Under the pieces are notes generated by a model. The model did not search any database. It was not told where the DNA came from and worked only from the letters and a program-made list of their open reading frames with translations. The position numbers and the translations under genes were made by a program. DNA of 63,065 nt, the filler included, from Vannella sp. (taxonomy: Eukaryota), in NCBI GenBank assembly GCA_023345925.1. It is 5 parts of 5 records of this genome, joined end to end, with 100 filler letters (N's around TTAATTAATTAA, not from the genome) between each part and the next. Parts side by side here need not be neighbours in the genome. Positions count along the whole stretch, not along the records: positions 1 to 6,767 come from JAJQQN010001172.1; positions 6,868 to 12,580 come from JAJQQN010000148.1; 3 more parts are not named here. One strand, given 5' to 3'. This document shows, one piece after another, positions 1 to 10,821 of the stretch (the stretch's first letter is position 1; each line of letters starts with the position of its first letter).

Positions 1-1192
1 TCACGAGAAACTTACCTTGTCTCAGAACGCAATCGTTGCCTCTGGAAAGGGGATTTTGGCTGCTGATGAGTCGACCGCCACCATCGGAAGTCGCTTCCAA
101 GACATATCTGTGGAGAACACGGAGGACAACCGCCGTGCATACCGCCAACTCCTTTTCACTACTGAAGGCCTGGAAGAGTACATCAGCGGAGTCATCATGT
201 ACGAAGAAACCCTTTACCAACAGGCTGACGACGGAACCAACTTTGTCGACCTCCTGAAGAGCAAGAACATCATTACTGGCATCAAGGTAGACAAGGGTGT
301 GCGTGTCCTCCGAGGTACAGACGGAGAGACCTTCACTCAAGGTTTCGACGACCTCGATGTTCGTTGTGCCAAGTATTACGCTCAAGGAGCTCGCTTTGCC
401 AAGTGGTATGCCTCTCCTCAATTTATCCCCTTTTATCTGACATCCTTTGGCGCAGGAGAGCAGTCCTGAAGATCGGGGGAGGTTGCCCTTCCTTAATCTC
501 CATCAAGGAGAACGCGAACGGCTTGGCTCGCTACGCTGCCATCTGCCAGGTGAGTATCATCAATCTGATCATGAGGAACATGACTGACTGGTTTTCAGGA
601 CAATGGTCTTGTTCCCATCGTTGAGCCCGAGATCCTCATGGACGGTGAGCACACCCTTGACGTCACTGTCAAGTGGACAGAACTTGTCGTGGCCGAGTGC
701 TACAGCGCCCTTCGTGATGCCAACGTGCTTCTCGAAGGAACCCTCTTGAAGCCCAACATGGTCGTCCCTGGCTCTTCTTGCAAGACCCAGGCCAGCATTG
801 ACGAGGTTGGACACGCAACCGTGACTGCTCTCTCGCGCTCTGTTCCCGTGGCTGTTCCTGGTATCACCGTAAGGACTTGAACATCTTGTCATCTGTTTCT
901 AACACCCTCATAGTTCCTCTCTGGAGGCCTGAGCGAGGAGAACGCCAGTTTGAACCTCAACGCGATGAACCGCACCAACTTGAAGAGACCCTGGGCATTG
1001 ACTTTCAGCTTCGGACGTGCTTTGCAGGCCAGCTGCTTGCGTGCCTGGTCTGGTAAGACCGAGAACATCCTTGCTGCCCAAAAAGTTCTTCTTGAACGTG
1101 CCAAGGCCAACAGCGAGGCCTCTGTCGGCAAGTACGGTGGCTCCGAGTCTGCCTCCAAGGACTCTTTGTTCGTCAGCAACTACTCCTATTAA
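1..1192 (+). CDS. fba: Class I fructose-bisphosphate aldolase (5' end outside window; introns 406-455, 550-598, 869-913)
   Basis: Motifs [50 protein letters not shown] and [13 protein letters not shown]. Three GT-AG introns restore one frame ending ...SNYSY-TAA. Confidence 0.97.
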
Positions 1193-1389
1193 GGTCCCTT
1201 GCTGTTTCCACAGCCATTTAGGCTCTTGTACAAGTCATGAAGGGAACAAACGTCTTCTCGACCCATTTTTTGTGCCACGGGACTGTGACCTTTAGATTGG
1301 ACTCCTGAGTGATCATCCTCTGTTATAATCACAATGGCTCAATATTAACAACACATAGGAAACAGTTAGAGGAAAAGTGGCGGTTGAAC

Positions 1390-1403
1390 TTTTGGCGGGA
1401 AAA
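1390..1403. promoter_or_regulatory. E2F-type element TTTTGGCGGGAAAA upstream of Mps1
   Basis: Matches the E2F/DP site (TTTCCCGCC on the minus strand) about 50 bp upstream of the ATG of a mitotic checkpoint kinase. Confidence 0.5.
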
Positions 1404-1455
1404 TCACTTAGTCGGCAAGCAGCTTAGTTAAGATCATTGTGACACAACCCCAACA

Positions 1456-3651
1456 ATGGAGGTGCTGACGGTTAGTGACCAGAACTCTTCTTCAAGGAGA
1501 GTGGCGTCAAGAAAGAAAGTTGCCACATCTGCGATGGCTCTATCGCGTGTGGCCCCCAATGGCGCGACGAACACCGCTGCAGCTGTAGCTCTCACCCTTC
1601 CTCCCCTTCAAATGCCCCCCGGCGCCAACTTCGCTGGCTACGAGGAGCAGAAGCGCCTGATCACGGAGTCCCTTCAAAACGATCCCACCTCCACTGCCAA
1701 CTGGTGGCAGTGGATCCACTTCCTACACGCTCGATGCAAGTGTGAACACATTTATCTACTTGATGTCTGTCAAACAGCGCTGAGCTACATTGATGCAAAG
1801 AGTCAAATGGGCGATAACACTTACGCGAAGCTGCTACTGGTTCAATGCAAGTTCCTCTACTCCGTACAACGGATAGACGAAGCACTGGATATCTACAAAG
1901 CCATGCAGTCCAACCACATTGGAAGGAATCTCTACTACTTCTGGGTCAACTATACGACCGTCCTTCATAAGAGCGGATTCTCCAAGAAGGCAGTCAAGAT
2001 CCTTCACGATGCTCTCGCCAACGTTCAGTTCTCAGAACAAGATCGCTCTCGTATCCAGTCTTCCCTCGAGTCCATCACTCGTGACATTGTCTCCACTCCC
2101 CGCAAGGCCCCTCCTTCACCAGCTCAAGTTGTCAGTGAACCAGTGTCGCATCAAGAGCCTAGCCTCACTCCTTCTCCAAGCTCGCTCCAGACGCCTTCCA
2201 GTTTCACTCCCTCTTCTGGCTCACTTCAGACACCATCCAGCTTCGCTCCTTCTCATGGCTCGTTGCAGACGCCATCCAAGTCAGCGACCACTCAGTCTGA
2301 GATGACACCGATCAGTAGCCTGGCTTACAACCCTTTGAACGAGACTCCCATGCACTATCTCAACCGTTCTAGCACTCGCAAGCCACGGAACCTCAATCCC
2401 TTCTCTTTCAAGTTCAACAGTGGTCCAGAGCGCGTCCGTAAGTCATCGGGTTCAGAAGGCAGTAGCGGTCCCTCCTCGGATGTGTCCTTATCAGCAGGGA
2501 CTGAACCATCACCATCGCCATCACCCTCACCATCACCTTTACCATCATCTTTACCGTCTGCTGTTGAGGAAGCTAGACCGAAAGCCCTGTCAAGCCAAAG
2601 ATCCAACCCATCTTCCTCTACTCTCGCCTCCAGCTCTCCAAAGCCTGCTCAGGTGGCTTCACCAGCAGTGAAAGATGATGAACGAGTAGAGGTTCGTAAG
2701 CCAAGGCAGTCTCCCCGTCCCTCTCCCCGTCCCTCTCCTCTTCCCTCTTCAGCAAGCACCACTGCAGTGCCCAGTCAGTCCCCTCGGAAGGTCCCTGACG
2801 CCTCCTCTGGACAATTCAAGATGCAGGAGGTTACAGTTCACGGGCGCAAGTACCAACGACTCGCAATCATGGGCAAGGGAGGCAGTAGCCGAGTACTGAA
2901 GGTCATCAGCCACAGGGGAGAGATCGTTGCGATCAAACAGGTCGACCTGAGTGGCCATGACGCCGCCGCATGCGAAGGATTCCGCAACGAGATCAGCCTT
3001 CTTCTCTCCTTGAAGGGAATAAGGAACGTGGTGCAACTGTACGACTACGAGATCACTAGCAAGCGCATCTCCTTGGTACTGGAGCTGGGTGAGGTTGATC
3101 TTTGCTACTTACTGCACGGCTTGAAGAAACAGTCACCGCAGGGGAACCAGATCAACTACATCAAGCTCTACTGGCAGCAGATGCTGGAATCTGTGGCAGT
3201 CATCCACGAGAAGAGAATCGTCCATGGCGATCTCAAGCCCGCCAACTTTGTGTGCTTCAAAGGTATTCTCAAGCTGATTGACTTTGGCATTGCGGGGGCC
3301 ATTCAAGCCAACACGACCAACATACAACGAGAATCGATGATTGGTACACTCAATTATATTGCTCCCGAGGCTCTGGACCTGAACCCTAACCCCAACATCA
3401 AGATGGGTGTGGCTTCTGATATCTGGTCCTTGGGCATCATTCTCTTTGAGATGGCGCACAAGACAACACCATTCGCTTCGATCACCAATATGGTCCACAA
3501 GATCCAGAGCATTGTCTCCGAGGATGTTGTTATCCAGTTCCCTGACATTGGCCAACCATTACTCACTGAAGTCCTGGCAGCTTGTCTCCAAAGAGACCCA
3601 AGGCGAAGGCCGTCCACAAGCGACTTGCTGAGCCACCCCTTTTTGCGATGA
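1456..3651 (+). CDS. MPS1: Mps1/TTK-family dual-specificity kinase with N-terminal TPR-like region
   Basis: 731-aa ORF. Kinase motifs GKGGSSRV, AIK, VHGDLKPANF, LIDFGIA..IQ.NTTNI.RES.IGTLNY.APE and SDIWSLG are diagnostic of Mps1. Helical N-terminus and Ser/Pro-rich linker. Confidence 0.9.
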   Translation: MEVLTVSDQNSSSRRVASRKKVATSAMALSRVAPNGATNTAAAVALTLPPLQMPPGANFAGYEEQKRLITESLQNDPTSTANWWQWIHFLHARCKCEHIYLLDVCQTALSYIDAKSQMGDNTYAKLLLVQCKFLYSVQRIDEALDIYKAMQSNHIGRNLYYFWVNYTTVLHKSGFSKKAVKILHDALANVQFSEQDRSRIQSSLESITRDIVSTPRKAPPSPAQVVSEPVSHQEPSLTPSPSSLQTPSSFTPSSGSLQTPSSFAPSHGSLQTPSKSATTQSEMTPISSLAYNPLNETPMHYLNRSSTRKPRNLNPFSFKFNSGPERVRKSSGSEGSSGPSSDVSLSAGTEPSPSPSPSPSPLPSSLPSAVEEARPKALSSQRSNPSSSTLASSSPKPAQVASPAVKDDERVEVRKPRQSPRPSPRPSPLPSSASTTAVPSQSPRKVPDASSGQFKMQEVTVHGRKYQRLAIMGKGGSSRVLKVISHRGEIVAIKQVDLSGHDAAACEGFRNEISLLLSLKGIRNVVQLYDYEITSKRISLVLELGEVDLCYLLHGLKKQSPQGNQINYIKLYWQQMLESVAVIHEKRIVHGDLKPANFVCFKGILKLIDFGIAGAIQANTTNIQRESMIGTLNYIAPEALDLNPNPNIKMGVASDIWSLGIILFEMAHKTTPFASITNMVHKIQSIVSEDVVIQFPDIGQPLLTEVLAACLQRDPRRRPSTSDLLSHPFLR

Positions 3652-3729
3652 GCTGAGTTTGGCATTTGGCTCTTGTGCATGATTAAATTGTAATTTTATT
3701 TGATTTGATTTGATTGGCTCATTCTTCGG

Positions 3730-4086
3730 ATGGACGGGATCAGTTGGGCTTCTCTGATCATCCATGTGCCCTTGGTTGTCCCTGTGGGGATGCTAAAGGT
3801 TGAAAGGAAAGCGAAACTGAATGATCTGGGGATGGTACAGTTGGTGTATGCACTGGCACTTCTTTGTAGAGCCCTCTTGTCTGGAGTTTACGGTTTGGAG
3901 TCGGCGAGTTGGGCTTTGGGGCTCGTTCTTTGGATTTTGGTGGATCTGCTTGCCTCAGTCTACTCGACAAACCACTTCTGCTCTCATCTTGTGAAAAGAG
4001 TGTCCCAGATCATGCACCTTCTGAAAGAACTTGGGTCGGCAATGTCGGAGATGGCAAAAGAGTACAATGACGATCTCATCGCGTAA
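3730..4086 (+). CDS. Small hypothetical membrane protein
   Basis: 118-aa ORF with 2-3 hydrophobic segments filling the space between two genes; no recognised family. Confidence 0.35.
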   Translation: MDGISWASLIIHVPLVVPVGMLKVERKAKLNDLGMVQLVYALALLCRALLSGVYGLESASWALGLVLWILVDLLASVYSTNHFCSHLVKRVSQIMHLLKELGSAMSEMAKEYNDDLIA

Positions 4087-4111
4087 AGTTGAACATCGCA
4101 GATATGAACAA

Positions 4112-5739
4112 ATGCATTTTAACCAGGAGCTGATTTCTTGTCTCACGACGAGATACTTTGAGGATATTTGTGTGCTGGGCTGTGGTTGGTCCATTCTCCA
4201 AAGACCCGTTTCCATGAGGTTCCGATTCACGCTACGGATCCGATCTTGCAGGAGAGGTCCAAGCTATCTGTTTGTTATCGAATCGCATGCTGAACAAGTG
4301 AAGTTCGAGTTGGAGAGAAGGAAGATAGAATGGGAAGAGATCTCTCCCAGAAGCACAGACTGCCTGTCACTTTGGAGCCTTAGCTTTCCTCTCTGTGTTT
4401 CTACTGATCAAGCACCCTTCAGGGAAGAAGTATTTGAGCAAGGTAAGCTTGAACCAAACGTTCTCCTCATCTCACACAAGACAGAGGGGATCCTAGAGAT
4501 CGAGATCCCAACTTCCAATCCTCAAGGTCTCGTGGTCTCCAACATAGAAGCAAGGGAAATCCACCACATTGAGTCACATTTTGATCCTCTAAGGTAGGAA
4601 TGACACTGAATGCGCCCATACTGAGAAATCAGGTGTGATTCTATTGAGTCAGCACCAACAGATTGGTCTGAGTTGTGCATACCACTTGATTACCACCCTG
4701 AGAATACTTTCGAGGAGACGCATCAACATGGGAGGGATTGGGTGGCCTGGGCCTTAACAGGACACCAAAAACGAAAACCGATTCTCTCTGTTTGCTCCTT
4801 AGCACCCTCAAGCGACCTCTTAGCGCACAGAGAGGGACACACAGCATCAATTGAGGTAAACCTTACATTTGATGAGGCTGACAGCTTAGAAGAAGAGTCA
4901 GACCTTGAGATACCGATGCCGGAAACTGGATCTTATCGGAAACAAGATGCTGCCAACCATTATCTATTTGAGCGAAGAACGATCCAAAAACCAACAGAAA
5001 ACTTTGTGAGAGATCATAATGAGAAAAACCAAACTTTTTTATGGCAGATGCAGAGGACAAACGCAAAGATACTCAGCGAACTCCGTATTCCTGAACTTGA
5101 TACTGAAATGATGAGTAGTTCGAGACTCATTCTATATATATTGAAGGTTAGGCCGAAACTGCTAACACCAACAGCCCTTCTTCTCAAGAGAAATGTCGCC
5201 AAAGTTACTGAGGCAAACAAAATGCCTCTGAAGATTTGTACTGAGCTTCCGGAGGAGATATGTCATCCGTATGGCAGCGAAACAAGCCAGCCATTATCCA
5301 GCAGTCTGCATTTGCAAGTCCTTGAAAAGTGGCATCTCTCGGTTGTTGAAGTAAGTTATCAAGACCCTCATTCGTTCTCACTCTCCAAGGATTTGAGATT
5401 CATGCAAGAAATGGAGGTGACAACTATCGGGTCAGAGGAGTGCTTCTTAGGCCATCCTCTGCAAATCCGCGGTAGGGCAGCTTCAATCCATTTTTCCAGT
5501 CCTTGCCATTTGCTGATGGGTAGTAGGAGCCACCCTCCGCTTGGAAGCAATTTTGGCAGAATTGCCAGACCTTGACGAGTTCATTTGGGGACCAGAGTAC
5601 CTTTCACGGCACAGATGATACATCGCTTCCTCTGTGTTATGAAGTAATTCCCGGTGATCTTAGCGGAGGACCCTGGTTATACTGCGGTATTGGTAGCCTT
5701 CTACATTTGCTGGATGATTTGGGCTTCCTCTCATTGTAG
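4112..5739 (+). CDS. Multi-exon hypothetical protein with weak MKS1 (ciliary B9-domain) resemblance
   Basis: ORFs 4031-4597 and 4673-5575 join through an intron near 4594-4632. Short motifs PLDYH, PTENFVRDH, LYILKV, EKWHLSVVEVS, HFSSP and PWLYC recall MKS1 in the same order. Ends are uncertain. Confidence 0.35.
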
Positions 5740-6551
5740 CTTCTAAACGATTCTCCAGTCCATAGCCAGCTTCTGGTCAAAGTAAAATCATGTTGATAAT
5801 CAATCGCTATCATTTACCTCATGTGGAGAATACGGTAAATGAGGGGCTAGGAACCCGATTTCCAGTTCATTAGATTCACTTTTTCTTCTTCTTTCCATCA
5901 CAAAGATATGTTTTCGACACCTTGGCCCAGAATCCGTGGCCATTCGCTCTGATTGGGTAAACAAACCTCAGGAAAGCAATCTCCGACGTTTCTCCTACTT
6001 CTCCGTATGTCACTCTACTTTTGGCGTTTTTCAAAGAACTATACTTCTGTGGAGTAGGCCGCCTTGACGGTGGGAAGTAGGGTTCTGATAGGTTGCCCCT
6101 CGTTGTGGACTTTCAGACCATTATTTTCCTCCACTCTCTCATGAACTTGCGTGCTGGATTCCTTGCTGCATGGAGAGCTGTATTGAGCCATGCGCAATCG
6201 TTACAGACTCACCAACCCCTTCCAGACTTCGTGTCTCCAGAGAACCTCATGACAGCACGAACAGTCAGTCTGTACGCAACTGCAGTCCTTGCGCAAGACC
6301 TCCCTTCTGACAGAGGAACCTGGCGCTGGAACCAGACAAGAAAGCGGCAAACTTTTGCATTCGGACAAGATGTGCTCCTGTCCGCCGTCAAGGTGACCAC
6401 CAGAGTGAAGGAGAGATATATATGCACATCAGATTCTCAAGCAGCATTGCATCCATCAGCAAACTTGTACCTCTTCACCGTCCTCCACGGCAAGTTGCCC
6501 TTCACGACAGCAACTACGCTCCTCTACGTTCATAGACCCATACCAAGAGGT

Positions 6552-6641
6552 GACCTGTCCGCAGTCGACCTGTCTGCAGCCAACCTGTCTGCAGTCGACC
6601 TGTTTGCAGGCGACCTGTCTGCAGGCGACCTGTCTGCAGCC
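6552..6641 (+). repeat. Tandem repeat, 6 x 15 bp (consensus GACCTGTCTGCAGNC)
   Basis: Six adjacent units read directly: gacctgtccgcagtc, gacctgtctgcagcc, aacctgtctgcagtc, gacctgtttgcaggc, gacctgtctgcaggc, gacctgtctgcagcc. Confidence 0.95.
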
Positions 6642-6767
6642 ACGCGACACTTGCCTACGTCATTTGGCCCAGGATCACACCATGGTCCCCCCAGCCCCCC
6701 AGTAAGAGACGTCCCCCAATCCACCATCAGTAGTATAAGTAAACCGGTTTTAACGGGGTTTTTCGAG

Positions 6768-6867
6768 NNNNNNNNNNNNNNNNNNNNNNNNNNNNNNNNN
6801 NNNNNNNNNNNTTAATTAATTAANNNNNNNNNNNNNNNNNNNNNNNNNNNNNNNNNNNNNNNNNNNN
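6768..6867. other. Artificial contig spacer (44 N + TTAATTAATTAA + 44 N)
   Basis: Exactly 100 nt; the core gives stop codons in all six frames; the same spacer occurs four times. Confidence 0.98.
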
Positions 6868-7063
6868 CAATGGAAAGGGATCAGACCCTTGTGCTAGCTC
6901 ACAACCAACAGACATTGTACTGCCTTATCTTTCTCTTGCCCTGGTCTCATTGGCCATCATCATTGTGATTCTCTCTGTCATTGTCATCGAAGTGCGCGTT
7001 CGGTACATTGCAATGAGAAAGAAGAAGAACGGCAATCAAGTTACCATTGAGTCCGCTGAGTGA
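6868..7063 (+). CDS. 3' fragment of a single-pass membrane protein
   Basis: Frame reads NGKGSDPC...LPYLSLALVSLAIIIVILSVIVIEVRVRYIAMRKKK...ESAE-TGA: a TM helix followed by a basic stop-transfer segment, truncated by the spacer. Confidence 0.65.
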
Positions 7064-7217
7064 GTGACACTGGCGGCCATAAAAACGTGTTTTGTTTCTT
7101 TCCAAGTCATGCAAACAGTCCCTCTCATGTGCTTACGTGTACAGCCATAACTAAAGCGTTTACATGTGGGTGAGGGTCGCTTTGGGCCTCCTTTGGGCCT
7201 CTTTGAGGCATTATTTG

Positions 7218-10200
7218 ATGGCCAAGAGGGTGAGCAGCTTGGAGGTTGTTGGGTCCAAATCAAGGGGTCGGGTGCTCGTTAGGGAGAAGTACTTGCGCGA
7301 TGATATTCCTTGTCGCTCACAGTTGTGTTCTGTGTGTCCTAAGGAGCGCCCTGCTCTGTTATCCTCGCTGCCTGCGCCATGGGGATACTTGTTTCCTGAC
7401 GCTGAGTGCATTCTACACTTTTTGGAGGTTTTCGTGAGTGAATGAGGTTTCTGAAGACTGTGGTTTGACTGTGGATGTGGTTAGGAGGCGCCTGAAGTTA
7501 GCAACATCGTGCTATTGGAGAGCGAGTTAGCGAAAGTGAAGGCGAAGGGCTCCAGCAGGCTTTACAGTCGCGTCAAACAGCTTCTACACAATCCCAGAAA
7601 GTGTACCGTACTATTCTCTAACAACACAAGCCAGTTCACGCACACACCTCGCGACATGAGCGAGGCATTGACTGCGGGAGGAGAGCGGATACTCGTTCCA
7701 GAGCCCTTAGCCATTTGGCACACGCGTGCACGGTATCAAGCCATCAAGTGGTATCAACAGCACCTACTAGATCACGTTGAGACCTCCCAGATGCTCTCCT
7801 TGCATGTAGATCGACCCCCAGTGGAGGATGAGATGGTTCACAGCATGCAACTCGCTGACTTCGTGCACAGCTGCCTTGCCAAACAGAGAGAAGACCTATC
7901 GTCTTTGTATGAGTCTCTTGAGCAGGTTAGGTGTGAGTCTCTCATCGCACAGACCGTATCAAATGCCGAGGCAACCGATAACTTCTCTGAACACCTTACT
8001 GCCGAGGCTATGAGGGCTGGAATCAGCTCAGGAAGTCTCTTTCGAGGTATCCTACAAGTTGATAAGCGCTCTCCTCAAGAAGCAACGGTCAGGTTGTCAC
8101 AATCTGCCTCTGCTGCTCCCTTTGGTGAGCTATTCATCTCCTCTGCAAAGTGGCAGAACAGAGCGATACAGGGAGATGAAGTAGCTGTCCAGCTGCTTCC
8201 TAAAAATCAATGGAAGGCCCCGTCACGCTCATCTCGGCGTCCAGAAGAGGACAAACTCGATGAGTCTGAAGTGGTAGACACAACAGACGAGACTCTAGAG
8301 GGCCTACCCCCTGTCACCTTGGAAAATGATTCTATCGCAGATTCACAGATACCTTGTGGGAGGGTGGTTGGGATACTCCAAAGAAACTGGCGCGTTTATG
8401 CCGGAACTCTGCAGGAATCGGATCGCAGTGATTCGCGTCATTTATTGGCTATTCCGATGGATATCCGCATTCCTAAGATTCGTATTTCGTCTGGGAAAGG
8501 AGCTGAGCTCGCTAGCCAACGATTGGCGCTGCGTTTGGACGATTGGCCTGTGAAAAGTCAATATCCGAATGGCCACTATGTGTCTGTTCTAGGCCCTGCT
8601 GGTGACATTGATGCAGAGACTAAGGGTAAGGCTTTGTGCTAAATGGACAAAAACTTTGAGCTGACACTGGGGGACTAACAGTGTTGATGATTGAGAATGG
8701 AATCAATTTGGAGCGCCAATTCTCTTCCAGTTGCATGGCTCATCTACCAGCAAAAGAGGGTGATTGGAAAGTGACTGAGAAGGACGAAAAAGAACGGAGA
8801 GATTTGCGGTCGCGCTTGGTAATGTCCATTGACCCTCCTGGATGTGAAGATATCGACGACGCGCTTTCTCTTTACGAGCTTCCTGAGAGGTGGAGGGGGC
8901 GAAAGGCGTTAGAAATAGGCGTCCATATTGCAGATGTAACACACTTTGTCCCTCATGATTCCCTCTTGGACCGAGAGGCTCGTGAGCGAGGCACAACTGT
9001 TTACTTGGCTGACAGGCGCATGGATATGCTTCCTTTTATCCTAAGTGGACAGCTTTGCTCCTTGAGAGAGCAACAAGACCGGTTTGCGATGAGTGTGCTT
9101 TGGACACTTGATGCAGAGACCTTTGAGGTGTTAGAAGTTTGGTATGGAAAGTCCATCATCTTCTCTAGCCACGAATTCAGCTACCAGACGGCTCACGCCA
9201 TCTTGAATGATGCCCTACCAGAGAAAGAGCGCTCAAAACTTGCCGAGAAAACGAATCGGGAGGGAGAATACGAAACTGTCCGAAGGACTCTGAATCAGAT
9301 GATGGTTATTGCTCGCCAATACCGAAAGGCGAGGGAATTGAAGGGTGCATTGGAGCTGCATAGCACTGAAGTCAAATTTGAAATGACAGAGCAAAAGAAC
9401 CCGAGTGCAATCAAGACCAAACAGTCCTTGGAAGTGATGAAAATGGTCGAGGAGTTCATGATTCTGGCCAATCAGTCCGTGGCAGAGCGAATCTTCCGGG
9501 CATTCCCCACCGCGTCTCTCCTCAGAAGACACCCAATTCCACGAGAGGCAGATTTCCAATCGCTTCTGAAGGCTGCCTCCTCCATGGGCTTTGCTATGAA
9601 TGTCGAGTCCAACAAGTAAGCTTCCTAACTGAGTTTGCTTTGGGTATCTTACAAGAGAATAGGTCTCTGGCTGCTTCTCTTAACGCCTGTATTGTCACAG
9701 GAGACATAACCGTTAACAATATCCTTCGGTAAGTTTCTTTCAACATGCCCCTTGGGTGTTAATAGAGTATCTAGAATGCTAGCGACCCAGGCGATGTCAG
9801 AAGCCTTGTACTTCTCGACTGGAGACTTTGAAGAGGATCAATTCTACCACTACGGATTGGCAGCGTCCTTTTACACCCACTTTACTTCTCCAATCCGCCG
9901 CTATGCTGATGTAATCGTCCACAGATTACTCAGCGAAGCCATTAGAAAAGAGAACAGTCCCAACCCCCAACTGTATACCCCTGTCATGACCCAATCCGAG
10001 GTGGCAACCGTCTGCCGTCACATCAATGTATGCAACCGCAACGCCAAACTTGCATCCATGGATAGCACGAAGCTGTTTCACAGCCTCTACTTCAAGTTAA
10101 TGCAGGAATCGAACGGAGAATTGAGAGGAGTGAGAGCTGATGGTGTCATCTTCTCTATCAACCGCAACGGCTTCGTAGTTTTTGTACCGGAATACGGCTT

Positions 10201-10768
10201 AAAGGGATTAGTATATCTCACTGATGCCAGCGGGAACTCTCTCATTCCCGTGGATGGTCTCAAATCCAAGCAAGCTAAGTTCAACAATGCCCAGCTCTCA
10301 GGGACTTTCCAATTTGACAAAGAGCGAGACGTCATACAGCTTGACAGTACACGAGGCCCTGTTTCAGTGGGAAAGTTCTCGCACTGCTCTGTCGAGATTG
10401 CTGTTCGAGAATCAAAGTGAGTTACACTATTGGACTGATTATTGCAGTAACTGATATCAGTGGAGTGTCCGATGGCCTTCCATTGTGTTAAACTTAGTTT
10501 CTATTAACACGGAAGCTCCTCGCAAGGTGGTTGAACAGGTCAAACGCAGTGATCTCAGCCAAAGAACGAAAGCGGCCACTGGCCAAGACACTTCAGTGAG
10601 CCAGCCAATGCCTTAGTAACTACTTCCTAACTCTTGTGACAGGCTTTTTCTCACCAGGTCTCTGACGAGCTCCGAAACAAATACGAGGAAACGCAAGATA
10701 GTGACTATTCCCTATTTGAGCGTTTCCGCACTATTTCCCTCACTACCATGGTCACTTCGTTTGAATAA
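7218..10768 (+). CDS. DIS3L: DIS3-like exonuclease 1 (degenerate PIN, CSD, RNB, S1), multi-exon
   Basis: N-terminal VREKYLRDDIPC..C..C; PIN region with the DIS3L-type WHTRARYQA; RNB motifs IDPPGCEDIDDALS, VHIADV, VEEFMILAN and YTHFTSPIRRYAD. First intron 7434-7484. Confidence 0.88.
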
Positions 10769-10821
10769 GTTGCCACGAGCACTTCTATTGTAAACCTGGT
10801 GTTTGAGTCTATTGTGGTGCA

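Noticed and set aside
6552..6641. Possible CRISPR array
   Set aside because: Units are directly adjacent 15-mers with no unique spacers, no cas genes are present, and the context is eukaryotic.
6093..6815. 240-aa ORF with DLSAA pentapeptide repeats
   Set aside because: The repeat is only six units of a DNA-level minisatellite, the rest has no recognisable domain, and the ORF ends only at the artificial linker.
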